From: Acidobacteriota bacterium
Lineage (GTDB): Bacteria > Acidobacteriota > Terriglobia > Terriglobales > SCQP01
DNA: 64,000 nt
Direction of reading: 5' to 3'
Assembly (NCBI GenBank): GCA_021789895.1
Contig: JAJYIU010000012.1
Span: forward strand, 33,216 to 97,215
The notes beneath the pieces are model-generated. The model did not search any database and was not told where the DNA came from. It saw only the letters and a list, made by a program, of their open reading frames with translations. Positions 46,688-55,897 of the stretch are shown here, in pieces (the stretch's first letter is position 1; each line of letters begins with the position of its first letter). The translations under genes and the position numbers were made by a program.

Positions 46688-48214
46688 TTACAAGCCCAGG
46701 CTCGACCAGAGCGCGTCCACGCGCGCCCGGGTGGCCGCATCCATTTTGATTTCTTTCGGCCAGGGGCGGAGGAAGCCTTCGCTCGGCCATTTGCGGGTGG
46801 CGTCAATGCCCATCTTGCTGCCGTAGTTGGGCAGGCGCGAAGCGTGATCGAGGGCGTCAATCGGCCCCAGGGTGAACTGCAGATCGCGCTCGGGGTCTAT
46901 ATTGTTGCAGGCGTGGAGCGTCACTTCGCGCAAGTCCTGAACGTTCACGTCTTCATCCACGACCACGATGCATTTGGTGAACATCGCCTGGCCCAGCCCC
47001 CAGATGCCGTGCATCACCTTGCGCGCCTGGCCGGGATAGGATTTGCGGATGGAGACGATCATCAGGTGGTGAAAGACGCCTTCGAGCGGCATGTGTACGT
47101 CCACGATCTCGGGCAACTGCATTTGCATCAAGGGGAGGAAGATGCGGCCGATCGCCTGTCCCATGTAGCCGTCTTCCATCGGCGGCTTGCCCACGATGGT
47201 GGTGGCGTAGATGGGATCGCGGCGATGGGTGATGCAGTTAACGTGCAGCACCGGATAGCGGTCGGCAAGGGAGTAAAAGCCGGTGTGATCGCCGAAGGGG
47301 CCTTCCCTCCGCAGCTCGTCAAGCTGCACGACGCCTTCCAGCACGATCTCGGCGGTGGCCGGCACTTCCAGATCCACCGTCTGGCATTTGACCAGCTCGA
47401 CCGGCTTCTGGCGCAGGAAGCCGGCCAGCATCAGCTCGTCCACGCCCGGTGGAGCGGGCAGCACCGCGCCGAACGTGACGGCGGGGTCGGTGCCGATGGC
47501 CACCGCGACCTCGAGCCGGCGGCCGCCGGCGCTGGGCGGTTCGGCCTGCTCGCCGGCCAGGGCATGGGCGCGGCCGGCGACCACGGCGGCGCTCTGCGCA
47601 TCGGCCTGCCGCCAGGCCTGCCGCCAGTGCTCGGCGCCATGCTTATGGATTTGCCAATGCATGCCGCAGGTGCGCTCGTCGAAGACCTGCAGGCGATACA
47701 TGCCGACATTGCGCCGTCCGCTTTCCGGGTCGCGGCTGAAGACGCAGGGCAGGGTGATGAAGCGCCCGCCGTCTTCCGGCCAGCACTGCAAGACGGGAAA
47801 GTCGAGCAGCGAAAACGAATCCCGCCGGGTCACTTCCTGGCAGGCGCCCGATTTCACCAGGCGCGGGAAAAACGCGCCCAGCTCGGCCAGCATGGGCAGC
47901 AGCTTGAGTTTTTCCACCAGCCCGGCGGGCGGCTTGAGATCGAGGAATTTGCGGATGCGGGCGGCGATCTCATCCACCTCGTCCACTTCCAGCGCCAGCG
48001 CCATGCGCCGGGTTGAGCCGAATTGGTTGATCAGCAGCGGGCGGCCGCGGTAGCCGGCGGGATTTTCAAACAGCAGCGCCGGCCCGCCGCGCTTGCTGAC
48101 GCGGTCGGTGATTTCAGCGATTTCCAGAATCGGGGAAACTTCCGCGGGGATGCGCCGCAGCTCTCCGGCGCGCTCCAGGGCGGCGATGTATTCGCGCAAA
48201 TCGGCGTAGGCCAT
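46688..48214 (-). CDS. UbiD-family (prenylated-FMN dependent) decarboxylase
   Basis: 508 aa. DLREYIAALERAGELRRI at the N-terminus and a UbiD profile throughout. No ubiX is adjacent. Confidence 0.88.
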   Translation of the reverse strand: MAYADLREYIAALERAGELRRIPAEVSPILEIAEITDRVSKRGGPALLFENPAGYRGRPLLINQFGSTRRMALALEVDEVDEIAARIRKFLDLKPPAGLVEKLKLLPMLAELGAFFPRLVKSGACQEVTRRDSFSLLDFPVLQCWPEDGGRFITLPCVFSRDPESGRRNVGMYRLQVFDERTCGMHWQIHKHGAEHWRQAWRQADAQSAAVVAGRAHALAGEQAEPPSAGGRRLEVAVAIGTDPAVTFGAVLPAPPGVDELMLAGFLRQKPVELVKCQTVDLEVPATAEIVLEGVVQLDELRREGPFGDHTGFYSLADRYPVLHVNCITHRRDPIYATTIVGKPPMEDGYMGQAIGRIFLPLMQMQLPEIVDVHMPLEGVFHHLMIVSIRKSYPGQARKVMHGIWGLGQAMFTKCIVVVDEDVNVQDLREVTLHACNNIDPERDLQFTLGPIDALDHASRLPNYGSKMGIDATRKWPSEGFLRPWPKEIKMDAATRARVDALWSSLGL

Positions 48215-48327
48215 GAGCTAACAGTATTCCGGGAAACGGGGGAAAGTGCAAAGCGGCCGCCGTCAGCATTGCCGTCCGCATGGCATCGCAATCGGAAGGC
48301 GCTGCGGTGGAACGGCTACGGTTGGGC

Positions 48328-48765
48328 CTATTCTTTTTCCAGCCGCTCGCGCAGCAGGGCCGCGCGCCTGGCGGCCAACTCGAGCTTCTGCTGCGCCGCC
48401 GGGCTGCGCTGCACCAGTTGGACGATATTGGCCAGAAAATCCGGATTGGTCTTGCGAAATTCCGCCAGGAACGGCTGAATTTTGGCGTAAAGGAAAAACA
48501 GCTCGCCCTCGCATTCGATGAACAGCTCTTTATCCACCGCGCCATGCACCGCCAGCGCCGCGGCCATTTCCCAATAGCCGGTGACCATGCGGAAGTAACG
48601 ATTGGCGTCACTGCCGGGAGCGATGATGGCCTGCAAATCAGCAAATGACTTGGGCCAGAGTCCGGCCGCGGCCCAGTCGCGCGCTTTGCGCAACTCCGGA
48701 TCGCGGCGCAGTTCGTAAAGCTTGAGGATGATCATTGCGTCGTATTGGTCGGCACTCGGCGGCAT
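48328..48765 (-). CDS. hypothetical protein (145 aa, helical)
   Basis: ATG 48765 follows GAGGAAA. The sequence MPPSADQYDAMIILKLYELRRDPELRKARDW has no motif I recognise. The upstream part of track ORF 48328..49206 overlaps the oxidoreductase gene and is discarded. Confidence 0.55.
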   Translation of the reverse strand: MPPSADQYDAMIILKLYELRRDPELRKARDWAAAGLWPKSFADLQAIIAPGSDANRYFRMVTGYWEMAAALAVHGAVDKELFIECEGELFFLYAKIQPFLAEFRKTNPDFLANIVQLVQRSPAAQQKLELAARRAALLRERLEKE

Positions 48766-48793
48766 GGCAGAATTTCCTCGTTTCCCTGGGATT

Positions 48794-49990
48794 TTACTGG
48801 CATGGGCATGGATCATCATTTCGCGGCGCGGCGGCGCGGCTGCGGGTGCCATGAAAGGCCAGGCGCACCAGCGCCGGCGCTCCGGGCAGCCGCAGCAGCG
48901 CGGCCAGGAACGGCGCCGGCAGCCCCAGCGTCCGGCGCAGCGCCCGGGCAGCGTAGAACGCGCGGCGCTCGCTGCCGGCCGGCCGCGGGCGCGCATCCGG
49001 GTCGAGCAGCGCGATGGCCGCCGCCCTTCCGCCAAGCAGGGCGCGGGCAATGCCATCGCCGGTGAAGGGGTCGAGAAAGCCGGCGGCGTCTCCCGCCAGC
49101 GCCACCCGCCCGGAGCGCGGCCGGCCATGGCCCAGCCACACCGGAGCGGTGAATACGGTCGGCGTCGTTTGCCGCGCCGAACGCAATCGGGCGGACAGCG
49201 CCGCATCCTGCGCCGCCGCCATCAGCCAGGCGGGAAAATCATCACTCTCCCCCAGGCCCGCCTGCGGGCGATGAAGCGCGTCGCGATGAACCAGGCAGCA
49301 GGCGTTGACCCGGCCCTGCCCCACCGGCGCCAGGCCGCAATAGCCGCCCGAAAAAAAATAAAGCTCGACCGCATCGGCCTGGATATGGTCCAAGTGCGCC
49401 TTTACCCCCACCCAGGGGGCCGCAGCGAGCGCATGGACGTTTTCCTGGCCGCTGCGCAAGCCTTCCAGCCGCCACCAGCGCCCGGGCGCGGCAACGATGC
49501 CGCGAGCGGCCACCATGGCTTTCCCTGCGGCCATGCGCAGGGCCATGCGAAAGCCGTCGCCTGCGGGCTCCAGCCGGAAGGCTTCGGTGCGCAGCCGGCC
49601 CTCCGCGCCGGCGGCCAGGGCGGCTTCCCAGAGCGCCGCATCCAGCTCGCGGCGCGGGATGCCGCGCCCCGGCCGGGGCAGGCAAAAATCGCGGCCTGCA
49701 AGGCGCAATCCGGAAATCAGCGGTGCGGCCGCAAACAGGCCGGGGCGGGCAGCCGCCAGCATGCGCTCGATGAGCGGCAGCGCCTCGGCGGAAACGAATT
49801 CGCCGCAAACCCGGTCGCGCGGCAGGCTGCCGCGCTCGATCATCAGCACGCGCCGGCCGCGCCGCGCCGCCTCCCAGGCCGCAGCCGTGCCCGCCGGACC
49901 GCCGCCGATCACGGCCAGATCGTATAGCGGCAAGGGCTGAAGCGCACTGGAATGGATGGAGGAAACCATGGCGCGCGGCGCAATGGACAT
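48794..49990 (-). CDS. FAD-dependent oxidoreductase (geranylgeranyl-reductase / aromatic-ring-hydroxylase-like)
   Basis: Dinucleotide fold DLAVIGGGPAGTAAAWEAARRGRRVLMIER, then RVCGEFVS. An alternative start is ATG 49969. Confidence 0.8.
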   Translation of the reverse strand: MSIAPRAMVSSIHSSALQPLPLYDLAVIGGGPAGTAAAWEAARRGRRVLMIERGSLPRDRVCGEFVSAEALPLIERMLAAARPGLFAAAPLISGLRLAGRDFCLPRPGRGIPRRELDAALWEAALAAGAEGRLRTEAFRLEPAGDGFRMALRMAAGKAMVAARGIVAAPGRWWRLEGLRSGQENVHALAAAPWVGVKAHLDHIQADAVELYFFSGGYCGLAPVGQGRVNACCLVHRDALHRPQAGLGESDDFPAWLMAAAQDAALSARLRSARQTTPTVFTAPVWLGHGRPRSGRVALAGDAAGFLDPFTGDGIARALLGGRAAAIALLDPDARPRPAGSERRAFYAARALRRTLGLPAPFLAALLRLPGAPALVRLAFHGTRSRAAAPRNDDPCPCQ

Positions 49991-50001
49991 GGATGGCGAG
50001 C

Positions 50002-50907
50002 TTAGCCATTCTCGCCGGCGGGAAAGAGCTCCGGATTCAGCGGCGAGGCGGCCACTGCCCCCACCTGCACTCCCGGCAGCCAGGCGGCATGATCCGCCTG
50101 CTGATGGCGGTTTTTGGGCGCGGTTAGGCGGATATCGCGGTCCATGTAAATGATCGTCATCACCTCGCGCGGGCGGCCGGAGCGGTTCTCGCCGGCGCGG
50201 TGATACGTCCAGCCGGAATGAAAGCTCACGTCGCCCAGCGCGAAGGCGCGTTCCTCGAAGGCGTAGTCCTCGAGCCAGCGCTCGAGGCGCGCTTCGCTCT
50301 CATCGCCGATTTCCAGATCGCGCCCCTGGGTCATGCGCTGGCTGCCGGGAGCGAAGGCGAGCGGCCCCATCTCGAGCGGCGTGGCCTGCAGCGGAATCCA
50401 GGCGGTGAGGGTGCGGTCGGAATCGAGCGGCCAATAGTATTGGTCGGCGTGCCAGGGGGTAATGCCGCCGCCGGCTTCCTTATAAAGCGCCTGATCGTGG
50501 TACAGCCGCACGCCGGCGGCGCCGCAGAGCTCGGCCGCCAGGCGCGCCAGCCGCCGCCCGCGGACGAACTCTTCCACGCGCGGGCTCTGGCGCCAGAGGT
50601 TCATCACCTGCAGGAAGGCGCGCCCGTAGGTGTCGCGCTCCGCCAGCGGACGGTGTTCGGTATTGAGCCGCCGCACCTGTCGCGAAATCTCGGCGCCATA
50701 CCAGGCCAGCAGCTCCGGGCTGAACACCTGGCGCAGGTGTACGTAGCCGTGCTCGCGATAAAACGCGAGCTGGCCGGCCGGCAGCGCGTAGGACGCGTCC
50801 AGTTCGGCGCGAATCGCCGCCGGGGTGGGGGAATCCGTGGGGGGCGAGTTGGTGGCGGGTGCGACCGCCGCGGGTGGGTCAGGCTGCTCGGGGATCACGG
50901 TATTCAA
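50002..50907 (-). CDS. phytanoyl-CoA dioxygenase (PhyH) family Fe(II)/2-oxoglutarate oxygenase
   Basis: The facial triad candidates are WHADQ (HxD) and the distal FHSGWTYHRAG. The profile is PhyH-like. TTG start. Confidence 0.75.
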   Translation of the reverse strand: MNTVIPEQPDPPAAVAPATNSPPTDSPTPAAIRAELDASYALPAGQLAFYREHGYVHLRQVFSPELLAWYGAEISRQVRRLNTEHRPLAERDTYGRAFLQVMNLWRQSPRVEEFVRGRRLARLAAELCGAAGVRLYHDQALYKEAGGGITPWHADQYYWPLDSDRTLTAWIPLQATPLEMGPLAFAPGSQRMTQGRDLEIGDESEARLERWLEDYAFEERAFALGDVSFHSGWTYHRAGENRSGRPREVMTIIYMDRDIRLTAPKNRHQQADHAAWLPGVQVGAVAASPLNPELFPAGENG

Positions 50908-50990
50908 TGTCCTCCCGTTCCAGTTTCACCACTAATTAATATTAGGCTGCAACAAAACCGAAAGCACGGCGAAGCCATGCCGGCCGGTGC

Positions 50991-51674
50991 TTAGCCGACG
51001 CGCGCCACCAATCCCAGGCGGTAAGGGCGGACGCGGCGTGTGCTAAAGCGCTTCAAACCTGCCGCCTGCGCCAACTCGCGCAGCTCTTCGAGGGTATAGG
51101 CCTGGCGGACGCTGAGGGGGGCGTCATGGCGTGTCAGCCGGCTGGCGGCGAAGCGGCCCAGCAGGTGCACAAAAACGTAAAGCGGCCAGCTCCGCGCCAG
51201 ATCGTTGACCACCACGGCGCCGCGGCTCAGCCGGGCCATGGCAGCGAGCATCGCCACCGCGGCTTCGCCGCTGAAATGGTGCAGAAACAAGGAGCAGCTC
51301 ACCAGGTCGAAACTGGCATCCTCGAACGGCGCGCGCAGCACGTCTCCCGCCACCGCGGGCAGCCGGCTGGCTACGCCGCCCGCCGGCCGCAGGTGCGTGG
51401 GACTGCGGTCGAGCAGGCAGGGTTCGAGTGCGTAGCCGTCGCTCGCCAGTTGGCGGCGCAGCGCCTCGGTCACCTGGCCGGTGCCCGCGCCCACTTCCAG
51501 CCAGCGCAGCCGGCGGCCGCGGGCGCCGTCCAGCGCCTCACGCAGCAGTTCGCCATAGCTGCTCAACCCGCCCCATTTTCGGTTCAGCCACCAGAGATCG
51601 TCGAGGCTGGCGCGCACTTCTTCCGGCGTGCCCAGGTCGTCATCGAGCCACTCGCGCGCGGGAATTCGTCGCAT
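50991..51674 (-). CDS. class I SAM-dependent methyltransferase
   Basis: Motif I is WLEVGAGTGQVT. It also has acidic motif II and motif III regions (FDLVSCSLFLHHF). Confidence 0.8.
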   Translation of the reverse strand: MRRIPAREWLDDDLGTPEEVRASLDDLWWLNRKWGGLSSYGELLREALDGARGRRLRWLEVGAGTGQVTEALRRQLASDGYALEPCLLDRSPTHLRPAGGVASRLPAVAGDVLRAPFEDASFDLVSCSLFLHHFSGEAAVAMLAAMARLSRGAVVVNDLARSWPLYVFVHLLGRFAASRLTRHDAPLSVRQAYTLEELRELAQAAGLKRFSTRRVRPYRLGLVARVG

Positions 51675-51680
51675 AGGCCA

Positions 51681-52073
51681 TTATCGGCGGAGCGGCTCCG
51701 GCCTGGCTTGCCGGCGGGCGCGCCGCGCGCGCCGGAAGTAGATCGCAAAATTAAGGCCGCAAACCGCCACCGCCGCCGCCACCAGCAGCGCATAGGGCAG
51801 GTTGGGATAGATCCACAACTGCAAATAATGCTGCAGGAAGCTGCCCTGATACGCCGGCTCGCCCAGCCGCCGTTCCAGCGCCTGCTCGGCCAGGGTGAGC
51901 GGACAGGGCACCGGCGCGACCTCTATGAATACGCCGTACGCCAGCGAAGCCATATGCAAGCCGGCCAGCAGGCGCCGGCCGCGAGTCAGCAGGCAGCCGA
52001 AGGCGACCCACAAAATGAACAGCAGATGTGCGGTCAGGGTCAGGTCGAGCAGCGCGCGGTAGAGGACAGCCAT
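51681..52073 (-). CDS. DUF2784 membrane protein
   Basis: 130 aa with 3-4 TM segments. The CPLTLAEQALERRLG motif is typical of DUF2784. Confidence 0.7.
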   Translation of the reverse strand: MAVLYRALLDLTLTAHLLFILWVAFGCLLTRGRRLLAGLHMASLAYGVFIEVAPVPCPLTLAEQALERRLGEPAYQGSFLQHYLQLWIYPNLPYALLVAAAVAVCGLNFAIYFRRARRARRQARPEPLRR

Positions 52074-52123
52074 AAAAATACGCGAAAGCTTGCCGTCCGC
52101 AGCCGGGTGGAGCGCCTGGAAGT

Positions 52124-52495
52124 TCAGCGCAGCTTGCGGCTCAATAGCGCCTGGAGGCCTTCAATCTCGGCCCGAAGCTGTTTTACACGCTGATCGGCGG
52201 GCGCCGGCGCGAACGGCAGCGGCGATTGCTGCTGCCCATTGCGGCGCGAGCGCAACAGTTTGCGCGCCCCTTCGATGGTGTAGCCCTCGTCATAGAGCAG
52301 GTGCTTGACGCGCCGCAGCAGCTCAATTTCCTGGCGCCGGTACAGGCGCTGTCCGGACGCGCTCTTGGCCGGCCGCAGCGAGGGGAATTCGCTTTCCCAG
52401 AAACGGAGCACGTAATCTTCCACCCCGACCAGCTTGGCGGCTTCGCCGATGCGGAAGTAGAGCTTATCGGGAATGCTGGGCGCCGCTTTAGGCAT
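52124..52495 (-). CDS. MerR-family transcriptional regulator
   Basis: The helix-turn-helix region is YFRIGEAAKLVGVEDYVLRFWESEF...GQRLYRRQEIELL. Confidence 0.85.
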   Translation of the reverse strand: MPKAAPSIPDKLYFRIGEAAKLVGVEDYVLRFWESEFPSLRPAKSASGQRLYRRQEIELLRRVKHLLYDEGYTIEGARKLLRSRRNGQQQSPLPFAPAPADQRVKQLRAEIEGLQALLSRKLR

Positions 52496-52581
52496 GGTGG
52501 ATAACTCGTTAAAAATGCGGTTCGTACAAGGCCTAGTTTGTCATGGTAGGCGCGCCCCGGCCCGCGGTCAAGCGCGCCGGG

Positions 52582-53958
52582 CTAGCCGGCGGACGGGCCG
52601 CTGGCGCGCACGCGGATGCGCAGCGGCGTGCCGGCAAAGCCGAAAGCGCGGCGGAGCTGGTTTTCCAGAAACCGCTGGTAGGAGAAGTGCAGCGGCTGGG
52701 CGCGGCTGGCGAACAGCAGAAAGGTCGGCGGCGCCACTCCCACCTGCGAAAGATAATAAATTTTCAATTTGCGCCCGGCGGGGGCGGAAGCGCGCTGGAA
52801 ATCGAGCGTGCTGAAGAAGCGGTTCAGCTCGGCGGTGGGGATGCGCCGGCGGCGCGCCCCGGCCACTTCGTCGAGGGCGCGCCAGAGCGCCGGCAGGCCC
52901 TTGCCCTCGGCGGCGGAAAGCGTCACCAGCGGCGCGTAGGCCAGGAACTTGCATCGCGACCGCACTTGACGCTCGAATGCAACCCGGGTTTTGCCCGCCT
53001 GCCGCGCCAGATCGGATTTGTTGCCCACCAGGATGCACGAACTGCCGCTCTCCACCGCATAGCCGGCGATGGTGGCATCGAGCGCCGTCACGCCTTCCGC
53101 CATATCCATCACCAGCAGCGCCACATCCGCCTGCCGCAGATAGCGCCGCGCCATCACCACGCTCAGCTTTTCCGCCAGCAGCCGGGTTTTTCCCTTGCGG
53201 CGGATGCCGGCGGTGTCGAGCAGGCGATAGCGCCGCCCCTGGCGTTCCAGTTCGGCATCCACGGTGTCGCGGGTGGTGCCGGGAATCGGGGTCACAATCG
53301 AACGTTCCTCCCCCAGCAGCCGGTTCAGCAGCGTGCTTTTACCGACGTTCGGCCGCCCGATAATCGCAATCGCCAGCGGCGCGTCTTCCTCCTCCTCGGC
53401 GGAGGGCGGAGCCGCTTCGGCCGCCGCCGCCGCGTCCGCGGCCGGCCCGGGCGCGAGCCTTCCGGCCTCGACCAACGCGTCCAAGACCTCATCCAGGCCG
53501 CGTCCCTGCTCGGCGCTGACGGCGAAAATCGGCTGGATGCCGAGCCGATAATAATCGCCCAGATTTTGTTCCTGGCGCAGGTCGTCCAGTTTATTGACCA
53601 GCAGCAGCAGCGGCTTGCCGGTGCGGCGCAGCCATTCGGCCAGTTGCAGGTCGGCCGCGCTCAGTTCCGCGCGTCCATCCACCACCAGCAGCACCGCGCG
53701 CGCCGGCTCGAGCGCCCGGCGCGCCTGTTCGAGCACCGCCCGCGGCAGCGGCTCGTCGCTTGCCGGCAGGATGCCGCCGGTATCCGCCAGCAGAAAACGC
53801 CGGCCGCGCCACTCCGCTTCGCCGTAGAGCCGGTCGCGCGTGATGCCGGGCTCATCGCCCACGATCGCCCGGCGCGAGCGCGTCAGCCGGTTGAATAGCG
53901 TAGATTTGCCGACATTGGGACGGCCGAGGATGGCCAGGATGGGCAACGGCGTGGGCAC
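52582..53958 (-). CDS. der: ribosome-biogenesis GTPase Der (EngA)
   Basis: Two GTPase domains (GRPNVGKSTLFNRL and GRPNVGKSTLLNRL) plus a KH-like C-terminus. Confidence 0.95.
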   Translation of the reverse strand: MPTPLPILAILGRPNVGKSTLFNRLTRSRRAIVGDEPGITRDRLYGEAEWRGRRFLLADTGGILPASDEPLPRAVLEQARRALEPARAVLLVVDGRAELSAADLQLAEWLRRTGKPLLLLVNKLDDLRQEQNLGDYYRLGIQPIFAVSAEQGRGLDEVLDALVEAGRLAPGPAADAAAAAEAAPPSAEEEEDAPLAIAIIGRPNVGKSTLLNRLLGEERSIVTPIPGTTRDTVDAELERQGRRYRLLDTAGIRRKGKTRLLAEKLSVVMARRYLRQADVALLVMDMAEGVTALDATIAGYAVESGSSCILVGNKSDLARQAGKTRVAFERQVRSRCKFLAYAPLVTLSAAEGKGLPALWRALDEVAGARRRRIPTAELNRFFSTLDFQRASAPAGRKLKIYYLSQVGVAPPTFLLFASRAQPLHFSYQRFLENQLRRAFGFAGTPLRIRVRASGPSAG

Positions 53959-53974
53959 AACTTAGTTTAGAGGA

Positions 53975-55357
53975 CTAGCCGCCTTGCTGGCGGCGGCGCG
54001 CCTCGCGCAGCAGGCGCTGCAGCCGGGGACTGAGGCGCACCGGATAATGCGCCGCTTCCACCAGCCGGCGGAAGCGCGCCGGCAATTGCTCCAGTTGCCG
54101 GCGGCAGCGGGCCTGCGCCGGCTGCAGCCCGGTCTCTTGCGCCGCGAGCCCCACCCGTTTGCCGCCGCGTAGCATGGGCTGCAGCAGCGGCTCGCCCGCC
54201 GCCGGCGCCGGCGCATCCTGCAACTCGACCCAATCGTGGTCGAAGGATGCTCTCCCGCCGCGCGCGGCGCGCATCATCCGGTACACCTGCTTGCGCCCGG
54301 GCACCGTGGCCTTATGCGGGCTGAATTTGGCGGGCTGCGCCGGACGCCCCTGGCGCTCGATTTCCACCAGCTTATAAACGCCGCCCAGCGCGGGCGCGTC
54401 CTGGGAAGTGATCAGCTCGGTGCCGACGCCATAGGAGTTGATGGGCGCCTGCAGCCGGGTCAGATCTTCGATGCGGTACTCGTTCAGGTCGCCGCTGGCC
54501 ATGATCTCGATCTCGGGCCGCCCGTGGCGATCGAGCAGCGCCCGCACGCGGCGCGAGAGCTGCAGAAAATTCCCGCTGTCGAGGCGCACCGCCCGCAGCG
54601 GACGCCCCAGGCTGGCCGCGCGCTCGGCGCCGCGCAGCGTATCGTAGGTGTCGATCAGCAGGGTGGTGCGCTGCCGGAACACGTCCCAGAAATTCCGGAA
54701 CGCCACCGCTTCATCGTCGAACGCCAGGGTGTAGGAATGCGCAAAGGTGCCCAGCACCGGGATGCCATACAGGTAGCCGGCTTCCAGGTTGGACGATCCG
54801 GCGCAGCCGCCGATGAAGGCGGCGCGCGCGCCGTATAGCCCGGCATAGGGGGTATGAGCGCGGCGGGTGCCAAACTCGATCACCGGACGCCCCGCCGCGG
54901 CCTGCGTCATGCGCGCCGCTTTGGTGGCCACGCTGGTCTGGAAATTGATCATGGAAAGCAGAAAGGTTTCCACCAGTTGCGCTTCCAGCAGCGGCGCTTC
55001 CACCCGCAGCAGCGGCTCGCCGGCAAAGGCGACGGTGCCCTCCGGCATCGCCCAAAGGTCGCCGCTGAAGCGCAGGTGGCGCAGCCGCTCGAAAAATTCC
55101 CGCCCCACGTGCTGAAACATCTCATGGCGGCGGACGTACTCCACTTCCGCCGCGCTGAACGACAGCCGGCCGAGATATTCCAGCACCGGTTCCAGCCCGG
55201 CAAAGACCATGTAGGAGCGCACCGGCGGGAGATGCCGGACGAACAATTCAAAGCTGGCGCGAGAATCGGCGATGCCGCGCTTGAGATAGGCCGCCCCCAT
55301 GGTGAGCTGGTAAAGGTCGGTCAACAGCCCCAGGCCGGATAGTTCGCGGGTGCGCAT
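53975..55357 (-). CDS. pncB: nicotinate phosphoribosyltransferase
   Basis: LLTDLYQLTMGAAY, GTFAHS, and the full-length NAPRTase profile. Confidence 0.9.
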   Translation of the reverse strand: MRTRELSGLGLLTDLYQLTMGAAYLKRGIADSRASFELFVRHLPPVRSYMVFAGLEPVLEYLGRLSFSAAEVEYVRRHEMFQHVGREFFERLRHLRFSGDLWAMPEGTVAFAGEPLLRVEAPLLEAQLVETFLLSMINFQTSVATKAARMTQAAAGRPVIEFGTRRAHTPYAGLYGARAAFIGGCAGSSNLEAGYLYGIPVLGTFAHSYTLAFDDEAVAFRNFWDVFRQRTTLLIDTYDTLRGAERAASLGRPLRAVRLDSGNFLQLSRRVRALLDRHGRPEIEIMASGDLNEYRIEDLTRLQAPINSYGVGTELITSQDAPALGGVYKLVEIERQGRPAQPAKFSPHKATVPGRKQVYRMMRAARGGRASFDHDWVELQDAPAPAAGEPLLQPMLRGGKRVGLAAQETGLQPAQARCRRQLEQLPARFRRLVEAAHYPVRLSPRLQRLLREARRRQQGG

Positions 55358-55510
55358 GCGTCGTTTCCATTATCGTCCGGCGCTCGCCGCGATCTGCAAC
55401 AAAGGCCGGCCGGTGGCCGGCCTCTAGGTTGAAATCCCCCGTCCTTCCCCCGCCAACTCGGCATACAATTTCTTCAGCGGCGAAATCCTGATCCGCCGCA
55501 GCAGGACTCC

Positions 55511-55840
55511 ATGAACCCTCCTTTGGCATCGCAGCCGGCCACTCCGCCTTCGGCTCCGGGGGTGAATGCAGTGGCCGTCACCAAGGCCGCGCCGAGCGGC
55601 CGGCAACACCGCTTTTGGCATGCGCTGCTGGTGGTGATCATGCTGGAGGTCGGCCTGCTGCTGCTCATCCTGCCCTGGAGCCGCAACTGGAACAGCAATT
55701 TTTGGGCGCTGCGCTGGCCGGCATTGTGGCGATACTGGGTCAACCCCTACCTGCGGGGAGCCATCAGCGGGCTGGGGTTATTGAATCTCTGGTTTGGCAC
55801 CGAGGAAATCGTGCCCCACGCCGGCGAGACGCGGCATTGA
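55511..55840 (+). CDS. small membrane protein, hypothetical
   Basis: 109 aa with two hydrophobic segments (ALLVVIMLEVGLLLLILPW and ISGLGLLNLWF). Divergent from pncB. Confidence 0.5.
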   Translation: MNPPLASQPATPPSAPGVNAVAVTKAAPSGRQHRFWHALLVVIMLEVGLLLLILPWSRNWNSNFWALRWPALWRYWVNPYLRGAISGLGLLNLWFGTEEIVPHAGETRH

Positions 55841-55897
55841 ATCCGCCGCGCGATTGCAGATTTGCACGCGAGCGGGACGGCGGTTGACCTGGCGCGC

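Noticed and set aside
46679-48016. 445-aa plus-strand ORF
   Set aside because: It is antisense to the UbiD-family gene.
52543-53898. 451-aa plus-strand ORF
   Set aside because: It is antisense to der, which has two clear GTPase P-loops.
55841-55897. TPP riboswitch upstream of thiE
   Set aside because: Only about 57 nt are available, and I see no THI-box-like CUGAGA / ACCUGAUCUGGAUAAUGCCAGCG elements.
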